From positions 2,418,001 through 2,482,000 of the forward strand of contig CM022667.1 in the NCBI GenBank assembly GCA_012295275.1: a DNA stretch of 64,000 bases, in the 5' to 3' direction. The notes beneath the pieces were generated by a model. That model was not told where the DNA came from. It saw only the letters and a program-made list of their open reading frames with translations, and ran no database searches. The stretch's first letter is position 1, and each line of letters begins with the position of its first letter. Source of the stretch: Chrysomallon squamiferum (taxonomy: Eukaryota; Animalia; Mollusca). The position numbers and the translations under genes were made by a program. This document shows positions 1 to 45,807 of this stretch, piece after piece.

Positions 1-401
1 TTCCACTACAACATACTTCCAATGCTTTCTCTCCTGAAATACGTTTTGACCCTTGACCCTGCTAGAGATGTTTTGTCCCTGAAACTGAAGTTGTTTAAAC
101 TCCTTCAGTGAGGAAAGCTGATTATTATTATTATTATATTCTATTTGTTATGTTCTTCCAGGTATGTGCATATCCATGTCTCATGTCACATATGCACTCA
201 AGCACACACATACACAGACATTTACAAGATAGATTTTCATTTAGGATCTGTAAAGCTTGTCTGTTGATGAAGAAACAAATAATTAATGATGCAAGTGAGA
301 TTAGCATGCATTTACTAACTAGATGTATTACATCTAAAGTAGTGTGTACACATACATACACACACATCTCCAAAATTACTGTATAATGTATTTTTAAGCA
401 G

Positions 402-433
<32 letters not shown>

Positions 434-1229
434 CTATATCTGGTATTCATTACTATATATTTTCAGGGTAGATTGTATTACCATGCCTCATAATTTGATG
501 ATTCTAAACACTTCGCTAACGATAAAGTTCAGAATTACTGACAAAATCAACAGTAAAAGCTTATGCAATTATATTATTATTTATGTGCATGTAAATGGAG
601 TTACCCAGACAACCAACAAACAAACAACCTAATCAGTCTAATTAGGAAACCAAGTTTATTTTTCTTCTAACAATACACACAAAAACACACATTAGTGCTT
701 GTAGCAGACACACATGCATGCATGCACGCATGCACGTACCTTCATTATTCATACTTACTTACCATACTTACACGCATACTGATCATTATCTTGCTGCTGA
801 TGAATCATAGAGGTGGGACAGCTGAACCTGTTTATGTCTGGCCATTTGCATTTTTCTTCCCACGAGCCATTGTATCCACCAGTTTCATTGCACATGTTTA
901 GATATTCTATACACCTCTAGGTAACAGCAGTTTAGAACTGGTTACATTGTCGAGTTCATTTACATCCAAGTCTTTTGTTTTTAAAAGAGTCTTGTTGAAG
1001 ATTTTTTTTTTTTGGTTTTGTTTTTGGTTTGATGTAGAAAAGTTACGAGTTGTTATTTTTTTTTTTCTTTGTTCATATTTCATAACCAGGCTTTTTGTTA
1101 ACAACTGATTCAACAAAAGTTATTTATTATTATTGTTATTATTTTTTAGCATTATTTATTCATTTAACAAGTCCTTTATTATTAGTATTGTTGTTGTTAT
1201 TATTGTTGTTATTATTATTATTATTATTA

Positions 1230-1263
<34 letters not shown>

Positions 1264-1960
1264 TTAACATAACTTGTTCATTTAACAACGTTCTCCTTTT
1301 AGTTCTTTTTTTTATCTTTTTTTCTATCTTTTCTTATCATGGTCCTATCCATCACTCTCCAGATTTCCTAATGTTATTTTGGTGTTAATTTTTTCCTTTA
1401 CCTTCTCTGTCCATTCCATCATTTAGGAATCTTTTTCTTTCTACTCTTCTTTTTTATCTTTCTTATCTTTCTTTTCTTATTTTTCTTTCTTTTCTTTTAT
1501 TTCTTTCATTTTTTTTTTTTTTTTAAATGACAATAGCTTATTAAATAATGACAAAGTTATTATTTATTCAAATAATGTTTATGATTATTGTCTAATAATA
1601 GCTTCTTTGCCTTTTCTTCCACCCACCCTTCAAACCCATCCATCACTTTGTCAACAGTCTCGTTTTTAAATGTATATATATATTTTTAAATGATATGTGT
1701 GTGTGTGTTAACAACACAAAGGCAGAGATGCTTGGTTTTAAAGTAAAACCAAAGAAAGAAAAACTCCATTCTGGCAATACTTAATAACTGTTGGTGTTGT
1801 CTTACGCAGACTGAAGTTGTAGTATTTCCGTTTCTCTTTATTGTGAGGCAGACCTGCATGGGAAAAGTTGCTGATAACTCACATGATTCATGCATCCATC
1901 TGATATTTAGCTATTTCTGTCCACTTGATACGAAAACCATTCTTCTCCCAGGTTCTCTGT

Positions 1961-2017
<57 letters not shown>

Positions 2018-2297
2018 AGTGTGCATATTTAACCCCGTCTCTCTCGACTGTTTCTACTTAATTTCATCACTCGTTAACGTTTAGCCACGAAAGGGTTATC
2101 GAAGCATGTGCATGAGAACCAAGATGTCTGGAAAAGAAATGTTTCCGTGGCTGAAATAATTCTGCATCTTTCTCTGATTTCTGTGATGGCTCCTGCTGAT
2201 CTAGCTCCTGTTTGATTTAGTTCCCAGAATGTCTAGATTGGTCTGGCAATATCTGTATTTATTTAATTTTAGTTGGGTTTTTTTTTTTTTTTTTTCT

Positions 2298-2328
<31 letters not shown>

Positions 2329-2999
2329 TGTTTCCCTCGAATAAATAAATCTCTTCCTGATAATAAATGTAATGTTTGATCAGCTTTAATCTCCAGCACC
2401 AATCCCTGCCTTACAGCAACAAAAAATATGTATTTTTATTTTTATTTTTATTTTTATTTTTATTTATTTTTTGTAATTTGATAACTCAACTAAATGTGTT
2501 TATGGTGGATAGTTTAATTTGGAAGCAGATTTAATTTCTTTACAGACCATAGGGATGATGTGATTTAATTTGTTTAAAATCAAAATACACACACATTCTC
2601 ACACACACACACACATCCAAACACACACACAGGCACATACAGACACACACACTCACATACACACACACACACATCCAAACACACACACAGGCACATACAG
2701 ACACACACACACACACACACACTCACATACACACACACATCCAAACACACACACAGGCACATACAGACACACACACACACATACTTATTAGTATCTATAT
2801 ATTTCAGTGTTACATCTTCTTCAAGATCTGTGTCCCTTTGGGCCTTGTTATTAGAATAACCCACAGCAGGTTTGTCTGTGCGTTCCAGATTACAAACAGT
2901 ACTTGGAAGAATCAATAGACGTCTAATAAAAGCTCAGCCAATTTCAGAATTATCAGTAATTGGCACTGTTAGTAATGTAATTTGTTTTTAATAATGAGT

Positions 3000-3475
3000 C
3001 TGAGAGAAAAACACAACATTACTGGCTGCTTCGACTATAGATAGATAGAAACAGGATAACACATGCTGTACAAGTGTATGAGAGAAAAAAAAAACATTAC
3101 TGGCTACTTCTACTAGATAAAAATTTGGATAATTTTTATGACTTTATATATCTATATCTATATATATATAGATATAGATATATACCATAGGGATTTGACA
3201 AGAATTTGAGAAAAAAAATGACGTTTTTAGCTACTTCTACTAGATACAAATTGGGTACTTTCAGATGCATTTTAACACATACCATACAAGAATCCAAGAG
3301 AAAAACACAATATAATTAGCTACTTCTCCTAATAAAAAATGTGGATCTTTCAGATGTAGTTTACAGTAAACATATAAAAAAAAGAACATACCACACAAGA
3401 ATCTGAAAAAAAGACAAAACATTATTGGCTACTTCTACTAAATAGAAATAAAGAGGATAACACATACCATAACTG
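3000..3475. repeat. Degenerate tandem repeat (gagaaaaa..acattactggctacttctactaga)
   Basis: About five copies of the ggctacttctact core. Confidence 0.7.
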
Positions 3476-5994
3476 TTTGCAGGACTTTTTGAACAGTTAG
3501 AAATGTTGATCTTTCAAATTAGGAAAAATGATAAATTAAGATTTTATAGTATAATACAAAAATTATAATACTAAAATAATCACTTTTAAATTTGAATATA
3601 TTTTCAACATAAATGTTAATGACCCAGCTGTCATATTCTGCCGTTACGTTCATTTTGTATTAAATTTGTATAGTTTAAAACAGAAGGAATATTTTATAAG
3701 TGTTTATATAACTATGTATATAAAAACAAATACTTTAAGGATCTGAATATATTTTGAAACAATTTGACATAAATGTCTTTCCCACAGTTGTCTTTTTTAT
3801 TACATAATCACATGCGGCATGCATTACATTTTGAAAAACTGATAAAAGAAACATCTTCCATTTTTTTTTTACTGAAGTAATCACATTAAGAACTTGAATA
3901 CATTTTGAATCAGACTTGCATAACAGTGTTACACAAACAGCTGAAAATCAATATTTTAAATCGGTTTGTTCTCGTAGACTGAACTCAGTTACGTCTCTAT
4001 GAATTGTTACCACAATTCTGTCAGTACTTAAATCTTGTAATTACCAGTGGATGTTTGACTTGGATATTATCGCTGTGACCCACCAGTACTTTGTATTGTT
4101 ACAACAGGGTCACGGCAAGTCCAGGATCCTTATAACATTCAAACAATTGATCCTGCAGTGGTCATTGTGGTCACTAACCACTTATCCACAGATTGTACGT
4201 ATTTGACACATCCTGTCATGTAAACATCTCACTGGCCACCAACAATTCCTCTGTCACCATTTCTATGGCCTATGAAATATGTTGTCAGTACAATAAAAAC
4301 ATAATCTGCAGTTAAAATTTCATTTGAATAAATTTCTCTTTGTCAAGAATCGGATGGGGATTAATGTAATGGAATTCATGTTGAGAAGAATGGTTTATAT
4401 GTAAAATATTTTTGGCGTTTAATTTTGATAGCTTGATGTGAATTTGAAAATTTATTTAGATCTGCTTTTGTTCCTAGGTTACAAAGCAGCTCTTAGATTT
4501 ATAAAGACATAAAACAAAAATTGTTAATTAAATCAAAATGCAGTTCAAGTTTTATTTGCAAGAATTCCGCTTTTCTTTTTTTTTTCTTTTTATAAATCCC
4601 CAAACCTAAATGGAAATGTGGATTTAAACTGAAATAAAAATAAAAATGTAAAGTAAATACAAATAAAAATAAAATAAAAATAAAATAAAATGGTTGAAGT
4701 TTTATTTGCAAGATTTATTTTGTTATTATGCATAGAAATCAAATCAGGTTTGAGGTTTTATATATTAAAAAACCCATTAAATTAAATTATGCAGCAGATA
4801 ATGTGTAATGTTTGGTTTTCTGTTTTGCATTTGTTTTGAAAACAATGATTCAAATATGAAATATTTTGTTAGAACTTACACTGTAAATGTTACAATAACA
4901 AACCTGTAAAATTATTTTTATGTGAAGGTGAAACCTTGTTTGTAGTATTTATTTTCTTAATTGTTTTTTTTTTATTTATTTAATTAATTTAATTTATTTA
5001 TTATTTTGTTTTTCTACTTCTTGTTTATTTTTTTTATTTTTTTATAATTTTATTTTATTTTATTATTTTAATATTTATATAAAAGTCATAGATCAGGTAG
5101 ATTTTCAAGTTTAATAAATGAAAATATTTTTTAATGTAATTCAGAAACTTCTGCTTCAGGGAGAAAATGTTTTGTTTTTCTTTACTTTTAAAGCTGGTCA
5201 TGATGTTTTTCTTTGAGTTTGTTTTAAACATTCTGTTATGCAGATATAAGTATACAAGGAAATGTAGATTTGTAAATAAATTTCAACATCCTGTTGAAGA
5301 TTTCTAACTATCCTTTTTTTAATTTTTTTGTTTTCTGGCAAATCTAGTTTTACACGCTGTCCCTCTCCTTAATATATATAATCCTTGAATATAACACAAT
5401 ATAACAATTTCATTATTATAACACACTTTATGTTACAACAGTAAAAAAATATTTAAAATAAATAAATCAACATCCAGAAGATTCTGACACTGACAAATGA
5501 GAACAAGTACAAAAATAGTTAACATAAAATAAATCTGTCATTAAGTTTAAGAACTTGCAAAATAACAAAAGTAATACCCTGCAGCAATTCAATTAAACCA
5601 TTATTATTACTGGTGTTGTTATTAGTAGTAGTAGTAGTAGTAGTAGTAGTACTGTTATTATTATTACTATTATTACTATTATTATTGTTGTTGTTGTTGT
5701 TGTATGATCATCATTATTAAGATTATTACAGCCAAAAAAAAAAAAAAGGTAATAATCTACCTCAATTTGACTATGACTGATAATTAAAAAAAATCATCAT
5801 TTTCATCATCATTATCATAATCATAATCATCATTATTAACATTTATAATTTCTGTTTCCATCACTGTCATCATTATCATTACAATGATGATGATGATTAT
5901 TATTATTATTGTATTAGATTTTCTTCTCTGCTGCCATGATCATGATCATCATCATTATAATTATTATGCAATTTTTTTCTTGTTTTTGTTCTAG

Positions 5995-26132
<20,138 letters not shown>

Positions 26133-27596
26133 TTTGTTACCCTCCCACCTCCAGCTCCAGCCACCTCCCACCCACCCCCAGCCCCCAGCCCATCCACCTC
26201 TCTCACTCTCTCTCAAGTCGTGTTGGTTTGTTTGTTTGTTTGTTTGTGCGTGCGTGTGTGTGTGTGTTCTCTCTCGTTGATGAAGAAATTCTGCATGGAA
26301 AGTTTTCAGTTATTGTTGCTGCAAGAAGAAAAAAAAGAAAAGAAAAAAAAAAAAAAAACACGCAAAAATAAAATGAAAAGAAGTTAAATAAACTAAAATA
26401 AATAAAAGATGGCTACTTTTTTTTGTGTGTGTGTGTGTTTTTAATTTGTGCAAGACAAGAAAACTTCAGTGCTGTATTGATGGGATTTCATTTTTTTTTT
26501 TTTCACAGACATGGTGAAAAAATAAACAAAAATAAATGTCCTTGTATACTCATAATATGATGTAAAAAAAAAAAAAAAAAAAACTGACAGGATTTGACTT
26601 TATATGTATTATTATTATTATTATAACAACTTCGCCATGATGGTTCTTGAGGTATTTTTAGTTCTTAGTATAATCTTTGATTTATTATGCAGTATGTATG
26701 TATGTATGTATATAACATATAATCAAACTGAACTACACCATATTATACAGTTCATTCCTTGTATATCTTTTTAATTAGGAATGCACAATAACATTTATTT
26801 TTAATATATAAATGCATCAAAAATTCTTCTTTTCTTCATTTTATTGAAAGATGGTATTTATACTGATGTCCATCAATGCAAATGTTATTAATAATAAATG
26901 GATATAAAGAACAGGGAAGCATATTTTTAACATACCAGTATAGTCGGGGAATTCTAATTATAATAATTGTCTTCATTTTCTTTTTTCTTTTTTATGATGA
27001 ATAGATTAAGAATCATTCAAATTTTTTTTTGTAAAAATTAAGAAAAAAAAAAAATAATTTTTGCATTCATTTTTGATACAGAATTATTTAAACGAAAAAA
27101 CAAAAAAAAATACCTGGAAGTTTTGTTTACAGTGATAAAAATTATTTCATTTTCCAACTGAAAAATAAAACATTTTTGGTTAAAATTTAAATGTTTTATT
27201 GTCCTTAATGCATGAAGTAAAAAAAAATGGCTTGATTATTTTTAATAAAAATATAAATTTTATATGACTGCCTCTCTATAGACAAATTTGGTCTGTTCTA
27301 GCTTGTTCATTATACACAAATATATTTAAATAATAATAATGATAATAATAAATAAATATAGCACTTTTATGCAGTTAAAAGGAAATCGAAGCCATTCATC
27401 ATACATTTTGCAATAAATCATAAAACATTTATTTCATTATCTCACAAAACCATAAGAGATTGTTTAGTCCTGTAATTACTCTGTTTTATTAATAAACGGA
27501 CATATGTATATGTCATTACCTATATCATATATTCAGTATCTGTATGTTACATGTACACTGGAAGTTCTGCAATGTAAATAGAATTTCTTTATTTTA

Positions 27597-27635
<39 letters not shown>

Positions 27636-28140
27636 GAAAGTTGAGCTATAAAAATGCCTTTGTGATGATGTTGAGATCTCTGCTGTAGGTTTTACTTAGA
27701 GGTTTATTTAATCTTTTATGTTTTTTATAATTATCTTTTTATTATTTTTGTTATTATGATCAAGTTATTATTTTGTTGTTATTATTATTATTATTTTTGT
27801 CATCATCATTGCCACGATTATTTGTATTATTGTTACCATGATTATTATTTCTATTATTGACAAATAAAAACATAATAATTATTATTGTAAAAAAAAATTA
27901 TATTTTCCCTTCTTTTTATTTTAGCAGTGTAGAGAGTCTGCTAAAAAATTTAAACAGTTTTGTGATAGAAGATCAGGAAATTATTTGTTGTATTTATTAT
28001 TTTATTAAATGTCACTTTCTGTCATTTTAAACTGGCAAAGAAGCATTTTAATTTTCATTTTTGTACATTGCTATATTTTAAAATGGAAATATTTAGTTAG
28101 TTGCATAGAGCAGTAGTTATTATTGTTATTATTATTATTA

Positions 28141-28194
<54 letters not shown>

Positions 28195-29503
28195 GTTGTT
28201 ATTTTTAAATGTTTTAATGTGGAAATATTAAAATAAGGCAAGGAAGCCAGTATGTTCGGGTTTTTAATTTTAATTATTTTAATGTTTAATGGGTTTTTTT
28301 TTTTTTTCTACGTTACTTTATTATTAAAATGTTCTATTAGTTAAAAGAAAGCTAGAAAGCTGATTTTTTTTATTTACAATTTTTTTTTTAAATCATTAAT
28401 TTGTTTGTTTTTGTCTTTGTTTTAAGAGATTTAAAAAAAGAAAAAAAAAAAAAAAAAGACTTGTTCTTGTTTTAAATGCAGCATTTTAGCATTGAAACGT
28501 TTTTAATAATTACAGCAAAGCTAGAATGCTTTTTAATTTTCAAATGTTCAGTTTGAGTTGGACTGTTAGCATTTTAACAAAACAGGTTTGAAGATGTTTT
28601 AATTTTCAGAAACCAGATCTTTTTTTCAAAATCTAATAGCTTCTCAGTGATATGTGCGGTCAGTTTTTAAATGCAAGATATTTTTTATCATTATTAGCTG
28701 TTTTTAATACGAATCAGATCACAAGAAACATCAATACGAAACACTTAAATATTGATAAGAAGTAGTTCAGAAAAAAAGTAGAAAAACCCCACTAAAATGT
28801 TCGTAAAATTATTACTTAAATTGTCATTATTGGTTCAGAATTATTTTATTTAAAACGTCCTTTCTTTGGTAGTGCTGACTTTTAAGAATTAATCAGTTTA
28901 TGTTACTTAATTCATTATACAAATTATTGGTGCTGAATCAGAAAATCAGAAATGAATAATAATTATTTACTGACATATATATATATATATATATATATAT
29001 TCAGTATTTTTTAATTAAAAACCATGGTCTGTAAATTATACTTTAAAACGAGAACAAATAGCAAAATCAAATATTTGGTAGTGCGGAAATGCAGGATGCC
29101 CTGAATAAATAAAACTTTTTAGATGTTTTCAGAAATGATTTGCAAGTCAGAAATTATTAGAAAAAAAAAATGAAGAAAAGTAATTAATGAGTTTTATTTT
29201 TTTTTTTTTTAGTTTAGGCATTATCAGCATTAGTGCTTATCTCCAAGTATTTTTTCATTGGATTTGAGGTCTCAGAAAGAAACTGGCAGACACTGAGTGC
29301 CTGTCTTTGTCATCATCATCATGTTCACTCTTTGTATAATGTCGTAAAACGTTTTGTGGTTATTTTTTTTTTTTTTTTTTTTTTTTTTTCTTTCTTAAAA
29401 AGAACAATTGTAATAAAATTTATTAGAGTGCTAGTTGTTGTGTTGGCTTTGATCATTAATTTAACATATTTATTTATTTACTCACTTATTTTATTATTAC
29501 TAT

Positions 29504-29547
<44 letters not shown>

Positions 29548-31508
29548 TAAATTATTATTATTTTATTTATTCATTTTATTTATTTATTTATTTTTTATTT
29601 ATTTTATTTATTTATTTTAATTTTATTTTATTTTATTAAGGTTAAAATAATCTACAATTTGCATTGTTAAACTAGGCATTTGATAGAGAAATAGTGTTGG
29701 ACAAATGGAGGTAATACAATAATTTTTCTTTATTCACGAAAGTGAAATTAAGATATTTTAAAGTGTTTAATAATTTTCATTACCAGTTTTTGAATATATA
29801 TGTTTGCTAGTTGCTTTTGCTGATCACTATAAATACAGATTATTCCTATCAATCTACAATATAACTTTCATTATCATTTTACTATATAAATACCTTAAAT
29901 TTTAAGTTAAAATATTCATGATAATAAATAACATCAATAACAAACAAGAAAATTTTGAGCAATCATGTAAGAATTTAATAAAAGTATCGTCAGCTAATGA
30001 AAAAAAAAAATTTAAAAAGTTTTATGCTACAATGCACATAACAATATATATGACAAACAAAATAAAAAAAAATTAAAAATTTTAAAAATAAAATTCTATA
30101 AAATTATTACAGCAGCTTTTCTGTCACTTTGTACTTACTGTCTTTATGACACAATTGTCTGTCTATATATATTTACAACTGCAATAAAAAAAAATGTTTA
30201 AAACTTTGAATAAAAGACAAAAGTCATGGTTCATTTTCTTACTATAAATGCTGTCTAACAGAAAAAAAAATAGACAAAAATCAATGGGCATAATTTAACT
30301 TGAAAAATAAATTCTGAGTTTTGTTTGGCCATTCAGAATATAATCAAGCAGTGAATAGGAGACCAGATGTAAATAACAATATTTTACTGATGGTTTTTCA
30401 CAAAATAGATGATGAATACTGAAACTGTTTCACTGATTAGCACGAGTGACTATATTGAAAACAACATACATTTTTATACTTCAGTATTTTAGCTGTTATC
30501 CATGATTCACATATGCCTACATAAAAAAACACACACACACAAAAAGTCAGACTTAGATTGTGGTTAATTCTCAATAACAGCCACTTATTAACTATGATTT
30601 AAGTCATTTCTTTGAAAACAAAAATAGCTCTTGGGTGTAATTCAAAACTTGTCAATTGTAACTCATCTGTGTGATGAATGGTTTTTCATGGTCCCTTGAG
30701 TGACTATCACATAAAAGTTTCTATTTTAAATAAATCCTACTGTTATCACATCTTCCACTGGACAGCAGATATCAATACACATATTACCAGTAGCACAGGA
30801 AAACTTGAATTACAATCAGTAATTTTTGGTTATTGACCCCAAAATCAGCTTTCATAACATCATTTGTAATTTATATACTTGTGCATATATTGGGTTCACC
30901 TTTCAAATGAAATCATGTACTCAAACACTGCCTACTGTTTCCACTCCAGTATCACAAATCTGCTCTAGAACTGAAATACATTAATAGGAAAAATATTGAA
31001 ATATATATCTTGCTATTTAAAAAAATAATTTTTTTTTCTCTTTTAAAAAAACAAATAAATCCTTCCATCATTTTGTAACTATGATGTTGTCATCAGTTTC
31101 TTCTTCTTCTTCCATTTTTTAAAATAAAATTTAAAATATTTGTTTGTCAAATCATAAATTCCAGGTATACAGTGCGATAACAATTAAAAGTTAATGGATT
31201 AGCTCTATTGAAAAAGATAAAATATTAGTAAAATGCTCTCAATTTTTCTTCACCGCATCATAATTAAGAATTATTTGTTAAAAATAACTTTATCAAAAAA
31301 TACATATTTTAAACTATTTACATTTCACAGTTGGTCTAACAGTAAATAAATATATCAAGTTATTATTATTTTTTCTTTTCTTACTGACTGAACCATGTAG
31401 GTAAATACTATAATCAACAATACTTCTGAGGTTGCAGAAGTTAAAATTCTGAATCTACTTGTAAATAATATTAATCATCACTGGTATATCTAGTGTAGAG
31501 AAGTGTTG

Positions 31509-42797
<11,289 letters not shown>

Positions 42798-42943
42798 CTT
42801 TCGCCGTTACGCAGGCGTTATGTTTTCCATGCTGTTCGCTGATAATCTGTTATGTAAAAATAACGAGGTCAGCTGACTCTACGGCCTCGGTAAGTGATTT
42901 GACCTGCAGAGTTCCATACAAATTAATAACGTTTATTCTAAAT

Positions 42944-42977
42944 CAGTGAACGAGAGCGAGAGAGATCTATATTTATA
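42944..42977 (-). promoter_or_regulatory. Candidate core promoter of the SLC7 gene (TATA box plus initiator)
   Basis: Minus-strand TATAAATA starting at 42977 and an Inr-like TCACTG with its A at 42947, exactly 30 nt apart. Confidence 0.6.
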
Positions 42978-43779
42978 ACACATGTCATGCTTACTAGGTC
43001 AAGGTACTAGTCATATTAACTTTCCATTTATTTGTGTTTCCGGATAAAGGCACAAGTTAAAAGCGCTGTGACGTTTGAGCGTATTTATTTTTTATAAATA
43101 TTGCTTATCAAATTGTTAATCGTACAGGATAAACGAGTATAACAACTATTTACAGCTAGTTGTAAATATTCATAACGCAAACTATCATAAATTTATAAAG
43201 CGTAAGTTTGATCGTGTTACGAGTATGACGCTGCAGAAATTAAAGCTAAATCATTTTCGTTATTAATGTAAATAATAAATTTGTACAGTATTAAAATAGT
43301 GTTTCAAACGAGAACAGTGTTAGATAATTAATATGCAGAAAGAACGAAGTATTGTTTCAACATGTATCATTTATCATAATTGTAAAATGTTCAGCAAAAC
43401 AACTATTTACTTTTATATTATTGTTCGTGTGATTAAATTTTATTTTTTTATTTATTTATTTTATTTTATTTTATTTTATTTTGTTTTGTTTGTTTCTTTG
43501 TGGAGTAGGGTATCAGTTCAAATTTTCATATCTAAATAAAAATGTGGGTTTATATAAAAATAAAAGCTAATTATATTTGCATAGCTAAACATGAATATCA
43601 ATTTACATATTTATTTGAAAAAAAAAAAAGGAATAGAAACAGTAGGCAAATAAGTTACTTCAGAAGTAAATTTATTTTTTTTTTATTTTTTATCACAAAT
43701 TAATCTGAATAAAATCAAATCATGCTCATATTTTTTTGAAAATAAAATAAAATAAAAGATTTGGTAACTTACAAATAAA

Positions 43780-44487
43780 TTATGGTCACTGATTTATACT
43801 GTAGTGTGTTTTATGGGTCTCTAGAAATTTGCAGCTTAGTTATGATAATACATTTCACAGCCACTAATATATTTTCAACAACTAACTTCACCCCGATACC
43901 ATATTTTTATTATCACAAAGTATATCTTATAGTCATTACATCTTATATTTCATCACTCACTAACAGTACATTCTGTAGTCACTAATACCATATTTTATAG
44001 TCACTAGCACTTGTGATAGTCTTTAGTTCTAAATCTGCCAATTACTAATCTATATATTATATTACTATGTATCTTACAGTCACTAATTACTTTCAAATTG
44101 ATCACTAATATTGTATTTTATGGTCACTAGGCAGATATTCTTTAATCACTAGTACTGTCACAAGTAATACATTTTTTCTGAACAGTGAAAATACTAGTAC
44201 TATAAAAAGCAGCAAACTACAATATTAATAATAATAGTAAGTATAAATAAAACTAATACTAAACATAATGCAAACTGAAACAATGCAACTTGTTGAAAAA
44301 AAAGAACGAAAGAGAAAAAGCAAATGAAAAAGATTGAAAGAAAGAGAAAAATGAAGACATTATTTACTTTTTTTAGAAAACACTTATTTTTAATGAAGTA
44401 AATAAATGTGAATAATGTATAAAGCTGAATAAATGATATTTAAATGTAAAGTATAGACACTGACAAAATGTATAATTATAATATTAA

Positions 44488-44526
<39 letters not shown>

Positions 44527-45153
44527 TTTGTTTTGCATATTATCAGTATTCCTATAAAATACAATTTGTATAAATTTAAATAAAAAATAAAATTGCATAA
44601 ATTATAAATATAGAAATTTTAACTAAAATAAACAAACTGACACCTTCAGTTAAAGGAAGTCAAAGCATTTAAAAGTCTATGTGTGATAATTTCAAAAAAT
44701 GGTCAAGGTAACCATATCAGAAAATATTCAATTAAAATTACATTTCATTAAAAACACTATGTAATACTTCAGAATGCTACAAGAGTTATTTCCCTTACTC
44801 TGTGACTGACACTATGAGAGAAACCTCAAATACACGCCATTAAAATGATTTTACAATAAACGTTTTAAAATAAAATAAATTCAGCAGTTTATCCAAAACA
44901 AACATGATTTTAAAAAGTGTGAAATTTAAGATGCTAAAATGTTTCAATTAAAATGTTTCAATTATTTCAAAGCTCTACAAGCAAAACAAGGCTAATACAA
45001 GTCTAACTGCAGACATCGTGCATATACAACTACTTCAAATAAGAAAATTGCAAAGAAAACATCTTCTGCTTAAAGGAAATATTAAACAGTATATTGTTTG
45101 TTATTTTTCTTTTTGTCATTATTTATGTAAATTCATTCATTACTGTTCAGGAG
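43780..45153 (-). repeat. Inverted composite duplicate of MTSS intronic segments 14190-14730 and about 17030-18185
   Basis: Reverse-complement matches seen directly, e.g. 44174-44276 identical to 17449-17551, and 44950-45153 matching 14190-14395. Confidence 0.9.
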
Positions 45154-45807
45154 AGAAGATACTTCATCTTTATTAGATATAAATGAAAACTAAAAAAAAA
45201 AAGTAAATAAATAAATAAAATCGTAATAATGATCCAGTAGGATGCTGTGTCAAAAATTCTAAAACAAGATATCCGTAATATTTTGGTTTGGTTTGGTTTT
45301 TTTTTTGGTTTTTTTTTTGATTAGTTTGTTTTGGTTGGTTTACATGTGGAATGTAATGCAATTTGGTTTAGGCCCATTAATCTGTTTTTTTAATTAAAAA
45401 CGTAATTAAAATCAAACTATTGGGATTGGCAGAGATTCTTGGGGAAATTTAACCTGTCCAGTTGAATAGACATTACAGTCTTGATGACACTTTTGACGGA
45501 CAGTGAAAGTTTTTATTATTTTGGGGAAAAAAAACAACAACAACAACAAACATTTAATATTATTAATTACATTTTCGAATCTTCTAATATATACTGACAA
45601 TAATAATTATATAAAACGCAATTGTTGTAATGTACTATGGTTCATCAACAGCAATAAAAATAAATAAATGATTATTTAAATACATGGTATTATTTCTTTC
45701 TAATTGTTTTAAATTATTTTAAAAATATTTATTTTAAAATCCGTTTCTCGGTGCTTAAAATAAAAACATAAAATGGTCATGTTTGTAGTTTCTACCACGC
45801 TGTTACA

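Noticed and set aside
109-161. 53-nt candidate coding exon (cag ... gtatgt) in the MTSS intron
   Set aside because: Its length is not a multiple of 3 in a phase-1 intron and it contains an ATT microsatellite; not supportable as CDS
2540-2915. His/Thr- and Cys/Val-rich ORFs (also at 7648-8021, 52511-52873, 58328-58675 and 60219-61283)
   Set aside because: Translations of CA/TG, GA/TC, AAT and TAAA microsatellites
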